Program-made: the position numbers and the translations under genes | DNA from: Candidatus Uhrbacteria bacterium | GTDB taxonomy: Bacteria; Patescibacteriota; Patescibacteriia; JACRJV01 | DNA length: 64,000 nt | Assembly: GCA_016215325.1 (NCBI GenBank) | Contig: JACRJV010000019.1 | Coordinates: forward strand, 9,959 to 73,958 | Reading direction: 5' to 3' | Notes under the pieces: generated by a model | What the model was told of the DNA's origin: nothing | What the model saw: the letters and a program-made list of their open reading frames with translations, nothing else | Database searches by the model: none | Part shown: in pieces, positions 52,496 through 61,905 of the stretch | Position numbering within the stretch: the stretch's first letter is position 1 | How the letters are laid out: each line of letters begins with the position of its first letter

Positions 52496-53530
52496 TTACA
52501 ACTTGTACTGTTTTTTGAGCTTTTCCCGCAGTGGCCGCAGGGCATCCTGGTCCAATCTCCGTGCTCCTGAACGCGGCGCATGTTCCGTCATCCGCAGTAA
52601 TTCTTCTGCCTCTGGCTTGGTAAGATACACCACCTCGCCCAAGAGGTTCACGAGGCGATCAGCGGCAATGGCAAACCCATTGTACGTCGCACCGTGGGGA
52701 TTGCCGGGTCTTACCATGCGCCGGAGCTCACGCAATGCATCCTGTTTCTCATACTGCAGCGTGACGTCCTGGACTCGACCGTCATCGATGGCATTTTTAA
52801 TGCGCGGGTGAAGGTTGCGGTACCGCGTCTGGAAGCTTAGGAGCTTATCATCGGTTGGGAACGTCTGTAAATACTGTTGATAGGCACCCATCCACAACCG
52901 TGCCGCAGCGGCGCGCTCCGAACCAGACACGACCTGCATGGCGGGGTTGTTATATGTTTCCAACAAGGCAAACTGCCCCTCCAATGTGGCCTGCGCTCTT
53001 GCCCGTTCCTGCCGCAACCGATCCTCGCGTGTGGGGAACTCTGCCTGATCGAGCTCTTGGACTTTCTCTACAAGCCCGGGGATGTTCGGCAACATCACGA
53101 TCGACTTCTTTTCTTCACGGATCTGATTGATCAATCGCTTGATCGACTGTACAGAGACCATCGTCCGGGTCTCCGGGTCCCAAAGCGTACCCTTGCCAGA
53201 ACCCAATGCGGCAAATAATTCGACAAAATTATTGGCACGCTGGAATTCGGGAGAAAATGGAGGATTTTCTATCATTAAATCAGGGTCGGTCAACGCAATA
53301 ACCTTCTGCAGGGTACCATCGCCAGCATCTGATCGCTGAACAATCGCCTTACCAGAGTGTTCGTCGTAACCGACAATCGTCCACCCCTCCTCCACCGGCC
53401 GCTGCGGGTCGCCTTCTTTTCCCCGACGTACTTTCACAATGGGTCCTAACATGATCTCCGACGGTTTGCGGGCAGCGTCCGGGCGCTGGGGATTGGCAGC
53501 GACGATCTTCGATGTTTCAGCCGGGTGCAT
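52496..53530 (-). CDS. hypothetical protein (344 aa), function unknown
   Basis: A long ORF with coherent composition. It contains DPDLMIENPPF, but no SAM-binding motif is placed appropriately. Confidence 0.45.
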   Translation of the reverse strand: MHPAETSKIVAANPQRPDAARKPSEIMLGPIVKVRRGKEGDPQRPVEEGWTIVGYDEHSGKAIVQRSDAGDGTLQKVIALTDPDLMIENPPFSPEFQRANNFVELFAALGSGKGTLWDPETRTMVSVQSIKRLINQIREEKKSIVMLPNIPGLVEKVQELDQAEFPTREDRLRQERARAQATLEGQFALLETYNNPAMQVVSGSERAAAARLWMGAYQQYLQTFPTDDKLLSFQTRYRNLHPRIKNAIDDGRVQDVTLQYEKQDALRELRRMVRPGNPHGATYNGFAIAADRLVNLLGEVVYLTKPEAEELLRMTEHAPRSGARRLDQDALRPLREKLKKQYKL

Positions 53531-53846
53531 AGAGAGAAGGTCAACGGTCGAATCAGTATCTGTACGACTCCGCTCGAACCTTTTTCAATCAGGGCTCCCG
53601 ACGAAGTCGGGACGAGCGCGGAGGGCAGATTTAGGTTGCATCCATTGTATCAAATATTACTCGAATTAGCTAGAACAGTGCCCCGTATGATTCTTCCGAA
53701 CATGTTTCTTCGGGAATTTCTTTCGGAATTTTAGGGGCAAAGCGGACACATAATATTTACCAAAATCCAATTTCTCAAAAAATAACAGACGCTATGCAAC
53801 ACTTGAATACGAACGATGCTGTAAACTGGAATGGCCCCAGTGAACC

Positions 53847-55436
53847 TCAACTACTAACGAAATTTACTGACAACTTTTTATAATACCGTTGCCGTTGCTT
53901 AAACTGCCTCTCGAGAAATGGAATTTGCGCATCACGGTAATCGATAATCGTCTTTTGGCTGCCAATATCTCTGAGTCGCCCGATATACTGAACGAGCTTA
54001 CCCTCGAATGCAAAAGGAAACGCCAATATCAAACAAGAAATTCCACGAATATCGATGCCCTCGCCAAAGAATTGTCCAGTGGACAAGATGACTCGATAAT
54101 GTCCCGACTCAATTTGTTTCAGCTTTGATGTTCTTGACCGAGCAGAGTCGTCCCCGGAAATAACGATCGTCTCGCACTTCCCCTTAAGATACAGGGCTAA
54201 AATTTCCAAATGTTCCTTTCGTTCGCTTAACACCAACAGTCTTTTGCCGTCGCTCACATTGCTCAAGATGTCTTCAATAATCATCTGATTCCTCGCTGTA
54301 TCGAAACAGACAACTTTTGCCAAGAGTTGAAAATTATCAGTGGTAAATTTAAATGGTAGAGCTAAAGTTGTTGTGTGGATGAGTACTTCCGGTGGCTGAC
54401 GTGAAAGTTCAGAGACTGGGGCGATATCAGAAGCTTCCATACGAGCGACGATGTCGCCGATATACACATAGATCAATTTTTCATCGTTGTGCTTTCGCTT
54501 TGGAGTCGCCGTCAGACCGTAGAGATATTTTGGATTTAACTCTGCAATGACTTCACGGAACGTTGCAGCCGGAATGTGGTGACATTCATCCACAATAATC
54601 GTTCCGAATGTATCCCGTAGCTCTGTGAGGTTGCCTTTGCGAGCCAAGCTCTGCAACAGACCGACGGTTATTTGCTTGCCCAATTTTTTCTTCGTTCCAG
54701 AATATTGGCCAATATGCGCTTTCGCAATCCCTAAAAATGTCTGGATTCTTTCAACCCACTGATCGAGCAATTGTTTGCGGTGGACAAGAATAAGCGCCGG
54801 TAGCTGCCTTCGGGCTATCAGTTCAAGGCCGATAACCGTTTTGCCGCTCCCGGATGGAGCAACAATGAGATTACCAAAACCGGCTCCGGTCAACGTGTCT
54901 TGATTGGGGAACAAGCGATCAAAACTGACTTCCTTTTCAAACTCAGAGACATGAAATGCTCTGCGGATCAGCTCAAGCGCGATTTGTCGGCTCTTGTAGC
55001 ATGGATAGGCTTCAGAAAAGAACATCCAGACATGACCGCCGTTGCCAGAGCGTGAACGCTCCAGATATGCAGAAAGTCCGACTTCCGCGCAAGCTACGCT
55101 AAAGGCTTTACTATCAGCGAGCCAATTCTCGCCATCAAAATCTGCCACAATAAAATACGATGTGTTGTCTGAGAGTATCGGATACATTCCGATAACGTGG
55201 CCTCCGAGGGGATGTTTTTTAACAACATCATTCGTTAGCGCTATCAGCTTCTTATATTCGAAATCTTTCATGGAGCCTCCGCGCCGCTTATGCGCCATGA
55301 ATTCATCCCAAATAAAATCATAGGCCGGACTGTATCCAGACCGGCCTTCTTTTTCCCATCGGCGAGCATAGACATCCGTACGCCCATGAAATAGCGACAT
55401 GTATAACTCAAGTTGTTGCTCGCTGATAACAACCAT
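53847..55436 (-). CDS. fusion protein: N-terminal archaeo-eukaryotic primase-polymerase (AEP/PrimPol)-like domain plus C-terminal superfamily-2 DEAD/DEAH-box helicase
   Basis: N-terminus: YFIVADFDGENW (DxD), RSRSGNGGHVWMFF (sG-G-H), SFDRLFPNQDTLTG (motif III-like). C-terminus: APSGSGKT (Walker A), IIVDECHH (DExH), LTATP (III), QYIGRLRD (VI). Confidence 0.65.
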   Translation of the reverse strand: MVVISEQQLELYMSLFHGRTDVYARRWEKEGRSGYSPAYDFIWDEFMAHKRRGGSMKDFEYKKLIALTNDVVKKHPLGGHVIGMYPILSDNTSYFIVADFDGENWLADSKAFSVACAEVGLSAYLERSRSGNGGHVWMFFSEAYPCYKSRQIALELIRRAFHVSEFEKEVSFDRLFPNQDTLTGAGFGNLIVAPSGSGKTVIGLELIARRQLPALILVHRKQLLDQWVERIQTFLGIAKAHIGQYSGTKKKLGKQITVGLLQSLARKGNLTELRDTFGTIIVDECHHIPAATFREVIAELNPKYLYGLTATPKRKHNDEKLIYVYIGDIVARMEASDIAPVSELSRQPPEVLIHTTTLALPFKFTTDNFQLLAKVVCFDTARNQMIIEDILSNVSDGKRLLVLSERKEHLEILALYLKGKCETIVISGDDSARSRTSKLKQIESGHYRVILSTGQFFGEGIDIRGISCLILAFPFAFEGKLVQYIGRLRDIGSQKTIIDYRDAQIPFLERQFKQRQRYYKKLSVNFVSS

Positions 55437-55455
55437 AGATTACAGAAAACGCCAG

Positions 55456-56427
55456 TCATCGCACATCTGTGCGGTCCAAAATTTTGAATCCGTCCATAAC
55501 AGCTTCACAGAGAAAATCTTCTAATTGGCTCTGGTCTTCTTTCGTTTGGGCCTTGTAAAGATAGGTGTAATAAAGTTGTTTTTGTTCCTGACGGATAATC
55601 GCGGGGGCAAAATTTGCATTAAGCAATATTGCATTCATGAGCAAACGGCCAACACGGCCATTCCCATCAGAAAAAGGATGAATTTGCTCAAATGTGCTGT
55701 GTACACCGGCAGACAACGCGATGATATCTTTTGTTTTTTTATTAATGCGAACCATAACTTCCGGTATTAATTTCGGGACACTGACATAATTCGCAGTCGG
55801 CAAATTTACGCCGGTGATTCTGACGGCGTGATTGCGATAGACTCCAGCATCCGGGCGGACTCCATTCATGAGAATGCTATGGAGCTTTAATACTAAATCC
55901 TCATCAATTTTTTCTTCTTTGGCGATATAGTCAAACAAGTAGTTAAGAGCTGTTTGATGATTTTTTGCTTCCAGTTGCTCGGTCAGACTTTTGTGAGGTA
56001 AGGCTACATTGTCAAAAAGAATCGCCGCAGTATCCGGTTCGGTCAATGTGCTCCCTTCGATGCTATTGCTATGGTATGTGAGTTTTAAGATAAATTGATC
56101 ACGAATATCAGGGTTGGCTATAATGTTATTTACAACATTTTTGTGCTCTCTCATTTTTTTTCGTAAGACGTTTTTTTTGGCGGTGAGCTGATCATCGGGG
56201 ATTATTTTCTGCCCCGTCACTTCCAAAAAGAGTTCATCAATGGATGCTTGCATCTTTGGCCTCGGGATGGACTTGCCAGTCCACCAGCTGTTAAAGGCAA
56301 CAAAAGATACGCCAAACTTTTCAGCTAACTTGGTTTGGGTTAAGCCGAGCATTTTTTGAATTATTTCTAATTTTTGTCGTATAGTCATAGGATTGTGTTT
56401 ATTCGTTAATCGACCATTTATTGACAT
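55456..56427 (-). CDS. Fic-family protein with N-terminal XRE-type HTH
   Basis: HTH (TIRQKLEIIQKMLGLTQTKLAEKFGVS) and Fic motif HPFSDGNGRVGRLL. The track ORF starts at a TTG (56454); ATG starts are at 56427 and 56388. Confidence 0.8.
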   Translation of the reverse strand: MSINGRLTNKHNPMTIRQKLEIIQKMLGLTQTKLAEKFGVSFVAFNSWWTGKSIPRPKMQASIDELFLEVTGQKIIPDDQLTAKKNVLRKKMREHKNVVNNIIANPDIRDQFILKLTYHSNSIEGSTLTEPDTAAILFDNVALPHKSLTEQLEAKNHQTALNYLFDYIAKEEKIDEDLVLKLHSILMNGVRPDAGVYRNHAVRITGVNLPTANYVSVPKLIPEVMVRINKKTKDIIALSAGVHSTFEQIHPFSDGNGRVGRLLMNAILLNANFAPAIIRQEQKQLYYTYLYKAQTKEDQSQLEDFLCEAVMDGFKILDRTDVR

Positions 56428-56434
56428 ATTATCA

Positions 56435-56448
56435 AACTTTATAAAGTT
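56435..56448. promoter_or_regulatory. Perfect palindrome AACTTTATAAAGTT at the 5' end of the fic gene (candidate autoregulatory operator)
   Basis: Visible; a second half-site, TATAAAGTTTGA, lies 20 bp upstream. Confidence 0.35.
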
Positions 56449-56695
56449 AGTCAATATATCAAGATTCTATAAAGTTTGAAATCTTGTCAAGTATACTTTA
56501 CAAGTAGTATAAAATGTAGGAAAACAAGAGCAATATCAGCTTGAAATGCATGATTCTCTTGTTACCAATCTATACTTGAAGATGTGAACGTATTGAAAAA
56601 CAGGGGGGAAACGCAATGGACGGCCCTAGTGGCCGCCCATGAAATCGCATCGCGATCTTCCCAAAATTCTGTTCAAATCGACGTTTGTTTGATTC

Positions 56696-56770
56696 TGGAG
56701 CGGGTAGCGGGAATCGAACCCGCCTGTGGAGTTTGGAAAACTCCCATAATAACCACTATATGATACCCGC
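56696..56770 (-). tRNA. tRNA-Gly (anticodon TCC)
   Basis: Reverse complement folds as acceptor GCGGGTA/TACCCGC, D-arm, anticodon stem GGAGT/ACTCC with loop TTTCCAA, T-arm GCGGGTTCGATTCCCGC, encoded CCA. Confidence 0.9.
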
Positions 56771-56861
56771 CAACGCATACGTGCTTTGGCGAGGCTCGCC
56801 CAAGGGGCGGCCCGCCTTAGCACAGATCACAGATTGCGCAAAATATTCTACCATCCCAATT

Positions 56862-57278
56862 TCATTGCCGCAAGGCAAAAATCACGCACGCGGCTGCAAT
56901 CTTAAATGCCCCGGCAAACAGTTGGAGCATCGTATAGCGGGTGCCAACACGAAAATATAATCGATCCGATACGGCAGTAGGGACAACAAACACCGCCCAA
57001 AGCAATCCCGCAACCGCCAGAGCGGTCTTCCACGAGAGTCCTGCCAAACCGCTCCATTCCCCAAATATGCTAAACATGATCCCAGAAAAAATGGTGATGA
57101 TGACCGAGGTCATCATGGTGCGGCGTTGCGCGCCGCTGGTGCTCTCCCCCGGCCGGGGAGGCGTCCAGATAGCGCTGTCCATCCGAGCGTACACCGCGCG
57201 TTGCACCCATGATGATCCGTACAACACCCAGTCCAAAAGGCTCCACGCAACGACAATCGCGATCATGGTAAAAATCAT
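56862..57278 (-). CDS. hypothetical membrane protein (4 TM helices)
   Basis: Start assumed at MIFTMIAIVVAW so it does not overlap the upstream PLD-like gene. Confidence 0.4.
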   Translation of the reverse strand: MIFTMIAIVVAWSLLDWVLYGSSWVQRAVYARMDSAIWTPPRPGESTSGAQRRTMMTSVIITIFSGIMFSIFGEWSGLAGLSWKTALAVAGLLWAVFVVPTAVSDRLYFRVGTRYTMLQLFAGAFKIAAACVIFALRQ

Positions 57279-57285
57279 AAGAGGT

Positions 57286-58380
57286 CTATAGGTAGGGTTG
57301 GAGGATATTGACGAAGCGCTCCAGCACCCGGTGGACAATGCCGCGGTGAACAGTGCGGACGTTGATCCCGGTGGTCGCATCAGACCATTGGCGAATGATG
57401 CGCGAAAGCTCCCGCACCATATCCCGGCGCCGGAACACGATATTGGCTTCAAAATTGTTATCAATACTGTTGGCATCGATATTCGTCGAACCAATCATCG
57501 CTTCACTCTCATCAATGAGCATCGCCTTGGAATGATTCATGCTGCTGCTTTTTGAAAACCGAACATCAATCCCCCGTCGCTGGGCCTGGCACGCAGAGAG
57601 GCGATTAATGAGGCTAAAAAATTTCTCGCGGGGGTCCTTGGGCAACAGAACGCGCACGCGCACGCCCCGCGCCCGCGCCCGCGCGAGTCCTTCCAAAAAC
57701 CATCCATGCGGGATAAAATACGGCGTTACGATGGTGATGGAATCTTTGGCTCGATCAAAGCTGCGTTGGTAGAGTCGCTGGAGGTGCGAGGATCCTGCCC
57801 CAGGGACATGGGCAAGATAATAGGATTTTGCCCGGTGAAGCCAACCGCCACGCATCCGCTTATGCCGGAGAGTAAGTACCGCTGGCTCGGTTCCGCCGCA
57901 AATCTCGTAGGATCGGGCGAACGAACGCAGCAAATGCTGCACAATCGCCCCTTCCAGTCGGACATGGAGGTCAAACCAACGCGCATAGGCATGCCCCACA
58001 TTCACTCCGCCCAAAAACCCTACGCGCTCATCCACCACCAACACTTTGCGGTGGTTGCGGGTAAACCACCAATTGCGCATGCGTACCGGATTCCACCATG
58101 GGACCAAGCGATTAAAATAGAGCACTTCCACCCCGGAACGCTCTAATGATTCCTTCAGATGTCGATTCTGCCATCCCCAGAACATTCCAATGCTGTCAAC
58201 GACCACTTTGACGGCCACACCAGAGCGCGCCTTGCGTTGAAGAAGTTGATAGAAATCATGCCGCCGCGTGTCATCCATCAAAATATAACACTCCCAGTAA
58301 ATGGATTTCTGGGCGCTGGCGATCTCCCGATACATGGCGTCCCATGCGGCTCGCGTTTTTGTGTAAAATCGATATTTCAT
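57286..58380 (-). CDS. phospholipase-D-family protein with two HKD motifs (ClsB-like cardiolipin synthase)
   Basis: HRKVLVVDERVGFLGGVNVG and NHSKAMLIDESEAMIGSTNID. Confidence 0.75.
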   Translation of the reverse strand: MKYRFYTKTRAAWDAMYREIASAQKSIYWECYILMDDTRRHDFYQLLQRKARSGVAVKVVVDSIGMFWGWQNRHLKESLERSGVEVLYFNRLVPWWNPVRMRNWWFTRNHRKVLVVDERVGFLGGVNVGHAYARWFDLHVRLEGAIVQHLLRSFARSYEICGGTEPAVLTLRHKRMRGGWLHRAKSYYLAHVPGAGSSHLQRLYQRSFDRAKDSITIVTPYFIPHGWFLEGLARARARGVRVRVLLPKDPREKFFSLINRLSACQAQRRGIDVRFSKSSSMNHSKAMLIDESEAMIGSTNIDANSIDNNFEANIVFRRRDMVRELSRIIRQWSDATTGINVRTVHRGIVHRVLERFVNILQPYL

Positions 58381-58482
58381 AGTTGCTGCAATATCCGCAG
58401 ACTGGTGGCGGTCGCCCCTCTTTCCTATCCTACGTTCAATTTTGCCGAGTGTCAAAATACGCTCCAATTTGCTCGGAGCGTA

Positions 58483-58545
58483 TTTTTATTCGTAGTATTC
58501 GCATACCCGACCGGCGGTTGCCGATGTCGGGTATTCGTGTTATAA
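58483..58545. repeat. Intergenic repeat (TTATTCGTAGTATTCGCATA ... GGGTATTCGTG; ATTCGCGGTATTCGCATTA family) with inner hairpin CCCGACCGGCGGTTGCCGATGTCGGG
   Basis: Visible between the PLD-like gene and hup. Confidence 0.4.
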
Positions 58546-58818
58546 GATCGCTTCTTTCGCGGCTTTTGCAACACGGAACTTGAGTACGGTCTTTGCCGGG
58601 ATTTGGATTGATTCCCCGGTTGCCGGGTTGCGGCCCTGTCGCGCTTCGCGATGTTTCTTGACCATCTTGCCAAGGCCCGGGAGGCTAAACTCTCCATGAG
58701 ACTTGGTTTCTCGGTACGCCACTTCGACTAAGGCGTCCATGAGCTCTGCCACTTCTTTGCGGCTTTTCCCGCACTTCTCGGCAAGCTCTGCGTACAGCGC
58801 TGACTTTGTCATTTTCAT
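58540..58818 (-). CDS. hup: HU-family DNA-binding protein
   Basis: MTKSALYAELAEKCGKSRKEVAELMDALVEV...GRNPATGESIQIPAKTVLKFRVAKAAKEAI. Confidence 0.85.
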   Translation of the reverse strand: MKMTKSALYAELAEKCGKSRKEVAELMDALVEVAYRETKSHGEFSLPGLGKMVKKHREARQGRNPATGESIQIPAKTVLKFRVAKAAKEAIL

Positions 58819-58939
58819 AGACAAACAATCAGTTAATGCGAATAAACCATTATGCAAAACAAAACGATTTCTCCCCCTAGTATATGGTTTTGCTTGTAAA
58901 AACGCAAGGTCAGACACCATCGGGGCAGTCAAGGGGAGC

Positions 58940-60160
58940 TTATGCATCAATACTCCCGTCCTCCGGCGTGGCAACAGGTAAGCGGCTGCTAGAAAGGGTA
59001 ACCCCCTCTAATTGCTCGGTTTCCTTGATTTTTCCGCCTAAATTGCGGGTCCGCTCGATCTGGGGGAACACCCGCGTTTGCCATGAATTCACCGCTTTTT
59101 CCCACCCTTCGGCGGCTTTGCGTATCCCGCCGCCCACTCCCTGCAGGTGCCCGACAAAAGCGGCAAGGCGCCTGCCCAATTCCTCCACGGCTGAACCCAA
59201 AACGCGGGCGTTTTCTGCCAGCTTCTGCTGTTGCCAGCTATGGCGGATGAGTTGGATGAGCGGGATCACGGTCATGGGGCTGGCCAAGATCACTTTTTTG
59301 GTAACTGCTTCTTGGAATATCGCGGGGTCCGTTGCAAACGCAGCGCGGATCGCCGCCTCACTTGGGATAAACATCACGACAAACGGGACATCCGCATCCA
59401 AGCGCTCTTGATATTCCTTGCGCGAAAGCAGCTGTACGTTGGAGCGGATATTGGCGACCAATTTCTGATAATGCTCGCGCTGGGCATTCGGATCTTCGGT
59501 CTCCTGTGCAAGCACATACTCACCGGCCACTTCCTTAGAGTCGATGATCAACTTTTTCCCGCCCGCCAACCGGACGACAAAATCTGGGCGCACGTCATCC
59601 ATGCCGTTTTCTCCGCCCACGGCCACCTGCGTGTCATAATGAATACCGCGCACCAGATCATTTTGTTCCAAAATTTCCTGGAGCACGTGCTCCCCCCACT
59701 TCCCTCGGACTCCGGAGGAAGACGTGAGAACCTTCTTCAGACTGCTCGTCTCTGCCCACAGCTGTCGCTCGGCATTCAGCACCTGGTTCATCGATTCTCC
59801 AAGCCTGCCATAGATCGTAGTGCGTTCTTTCTCAAACTGGACCACCAATTTTTGATATTCCTCTAACTTGGTTTTCATCTCTGCCACGGTATGCGCAATC
59901 TCCTGTTTCTGCCGCCCCACAGAATCATCTGTTTCGGTCTTCACTTGCCGCAGGTCCTTCATGGCGGTTGTCAAAAACTGCTCCGCGCTCTTTTGCAGCG
60001 TTTCGGTAGCGGCAGCCTTGAACTCCGTGCGAATCCGTTCCCCGGTGTCGCGCTGGGCATCGAGTTGGGCCTTAAGCCCGGCGCTTTTGGACGCACTCAT
60101 AGCCCAAGCGACGACCGCGCCCAAGATAAAACCAATAACGAGATAAAACAAAGTATACAC
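58940..60160 (-). CDS. rmuC: DNA recombination protein RmuC
   Basis: N-terminal TM, long coiled coil, then a C-terminal RmuC nuclease-like region (...DFVVRLAGGKKLIIDSK...VMFIPSEAA...). Confidence 0.8.
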   Translation of the reverse strand: MYTLFYLVIGFILGAVVAWAMSASKSAGLKAQLDAQRDTGERIRTEFKAAATETLQKSAEQFLTTAMKDLRQVKTETDDSVGRQKQEIAHTVAEMKTKLEEYQKLVVQFEKERTTIYGRLGESMNQVLNAERQLWAETSSLKKVLTSSSGVRGKWGEHVLQEILEQNDLVRGIHYDTQVAVGGENGMDDVRPDFVVRLAGGKKLIIDSKEVAGEYVLAQETEDPNAQREHYQKLVANIRSNVQLLSRKEYQERLDADVPFVVMFIPSEAAIRAAFATDPAIFQEAVTKKVILASPMTVIPLIQLIRHSWQQQKLAENARVLGSAVEELGRRLAAFVGHLQGVGGGIRKAAEGWEKAVNSWQTRVFPQIERTRNLGGKIKETEQLEGVTLSSSRLPVATPEDGSIDA

Positions 60161-60178
60161 AGTCAGCGCGTAAGTCTG

Positions 60179-60853
60179 TTATGAATCAAAGATATCTTTT
60201 TCTAATTTTTTTGCCTGCGCAACAAAAAAATTCCTCCATTCTTCATGATCAATTGTTGTGATCATTCGCGGAAGATCCTCAACTTCGATCGCTTGCAGTA
60301 ACCGTGCTCCCAATTGTGCGGCATCAATATGCCAATCAAACTTGATTTTTGCTGCCTTGAGAAGATCGGCAAAGCTATATGAGAACGTTTGGAGAATAAA
60401 ATAAATGTCTATATAGTCACGTGATCGTGGCTTCATGACAATCGTATGCACCTTATTTACGGCAATATCGTAGCAACTATCAACAGTAACGCCGTGATGC
60501 CGTAACCCCTTCTCGATGCGTGGAAACGGATAATAGTTAAAATCGACTTTCAAAGAGTCTCCATTCGGGAATGAATAGAGGAATGTGTGAAGCCCAAAGT
60601 AGTTTTGATAATCAACACGTTGCGCGCCGATCTTCTGCTGAACCTTTTTTACAAACGGCCGCACCAAGGTAACATCGAACTCTTCCTCGCAAAACAAATC
60701 GATGTCTTCAGAGTATCGATGTTGAAGATAAAATTCTGCCAACGCTGTCCCTCCGGTGAGATAAAAACGCTGAGAAAATTTTTTTTCATCCCCAAATAGT
60801 TCTAAAAATTGCGTTTGCTCTTTGGTGAGAATGCTTTTGGGAGTCTTCCCCAT
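60179..60853 (-). CDS. AbiEii/AbiGii-family nucleotidyltransferase (type IV toxin-antitoxin toxin)
   Basis: FYLTGGTALAEFYLQHRYSEDIDLF matches the GGTAL...RxSxDIDL signature of the AbiEii (DUF1814) family. Confidence 0.65.
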   Translation of the reverse strand: MGKTPKSILTKEQTQFLELFGDEKKFSQRFYLTGGTALAEFYLQHRYSEDIDLFCEEEFDVTLVRPFVKKVQQKIGAQRVDYQNYFGLHTFLYSFPNGDSLKVDFNYYPFPRIEKGLRHHGVTVDSCYDIAVNKVHTIVMKPRSRDYIDIYFILQTFSYSFADLLKAAKIKFDWHIDAAQLGARLLQAIEVEDLPRMITTIDHEEWRNFFVAQAKKLEKDIFDS

Positions 60854-61122
60854 AATAGAAATTCAAAGTACTGAGCTTTCAGTGGGTCAAGTGATAACTT
60901 ACTCCAATACCGCTTCAAATCACTTCTACTAATCTTACTCCCTCGCAGTCCGTAATTAATCTGTTGTTCTAACTTCCACTGCTCGAATTTACCGGCCTTT
61001 TTCAGAGCGGTTTCATCAGTCGACCAGTTATAATAAGATGGGGACGATTGTTTCATACCACTGTAGTATAGCATAGAATGCCCAATGAATCCAGTGTTCG
61101 GACCGACGCATTTCACCATCAT
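60802..61122 (-). CDS. small ORF upstream of, and overlapping, the AbiEii-like gene (possible truncated antitoxin partner)
   Basis: 84-106 aa with no recognisable HTH; the 52-nt overlap with the toxin start suggests translational coupling. Confidence 0.25.
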   Translation of the reverse strand: MMVKCVGPNTGFIGHSMLYYSGMKQSSPSYYNWSTDETALKKAGKFEQWKLEQQINYGLRGSKISRSDLKRYWSKLSLDPLKAQYFEFLLWGRLPKAFSPKSKRNF

Positions 61123-61265
61123 TGCGAGCCGCAGAGAAGCGATCCAGATCGGATTCTGGATAAGACCAGAATGACGAGAAAAAGAAAAGGCTCCGGGCGA
61201 TGCATGCGTGGATACAGAGCGCCCGGAGACCTTGAAGTTGGTTTGAATCGTTGGCCGTGCGAGGC

Positions 61266-61814
61266 CTACTTTTGGGAAGCGTGCTCTTCCCTAAGTGCGG
61301 CGATGGCCACCTCGCCCACGACAGCCTGTGCGCGGACACACACTTCTTCCGCGATCGTCTGACTCTTGAGAACGGCCTTGATGATCTCGTCGGCGATCTG
61401 GGGCTCGCCGACGCCACACAATCGTGCGATGACTCGCTTCGTGGCCGGGCGCGAGTCGCCGAATCCGAATTTGAACAGCTCCAGCCGATACCCGCGCGAC
61501 TGCGGTGAGCTGAGCCAGTACCCAAAATGGACCGCCGCCGATGCCACAACAATGACGGCCGCCGCAAATGAGCGGTACTGATAGGCCATCACTCCGAAGA
61601 TGCCAAAGAACGGCACGACACCATACTGTACCATCCACTTGTGCAGCCGCTCGTTCCGGTCGAACGACGCAAACGTGACCATCAGTGAGGCGCCGAAAGC
61701 GGTCACCGAGACGGCGGTCACCGCCGCGAATATCCGCTCGGTGCTGTCCAACGGTGAGATGACCTGCAGTACCATACCCAACAGAACCATTACGATGTAC
61801 CAGAACATTTTCAA
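61266..61814 (-). CDS. hypothetical membrane protein on GC-rich DNA
   Basis: Four TM helices plus a C-terminal soluble region. Antisense ORFs are Arg-rich junk. Confidence 0.4.
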   Translation of the reverse strand: MKMFWYIVMVLLGMVLQVISPLDSTERIFAAVTAVSVTAFGASLMVTFASFDRNERLHKWMVQYGVVPFFGIFGVMAYQYRSFAAAVIVVASAAVHFGYWLSSPQSRGYRLELFKFGFGDSRPATKRVIARLCGVGEPQIADEIIKAVLKSQTIAEEVCVRAQAVVGEVAIAALREEHASQK

Positions 61815-61905
61815 TCAGTCCTCCTTTAAGGACTTGTGAGCACGCCAGACGAGGCGCGCTCATTAATGTTGATTCGACGCGACGTCATACACGACGGCCC
61901 AACCG

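Noticed and set aside
52496-53530. DNA methyltransferase call based on the DPDLMIENPPF motif
   Set aside because: NPPF resembles amino-MTase motif IV, but no FxGxG-type SAM-binding motif is located at a compatible distance or order, so the call is left as hypothetical.
56455-56700. Integrase / att site search next to tRNA-Gly
   Set aside because: No tyrosine- or serine-recombinase-like ORF and no duplicate of the tRNA 3' end were found within the window. Island status therefore rests only on composition and cargo.
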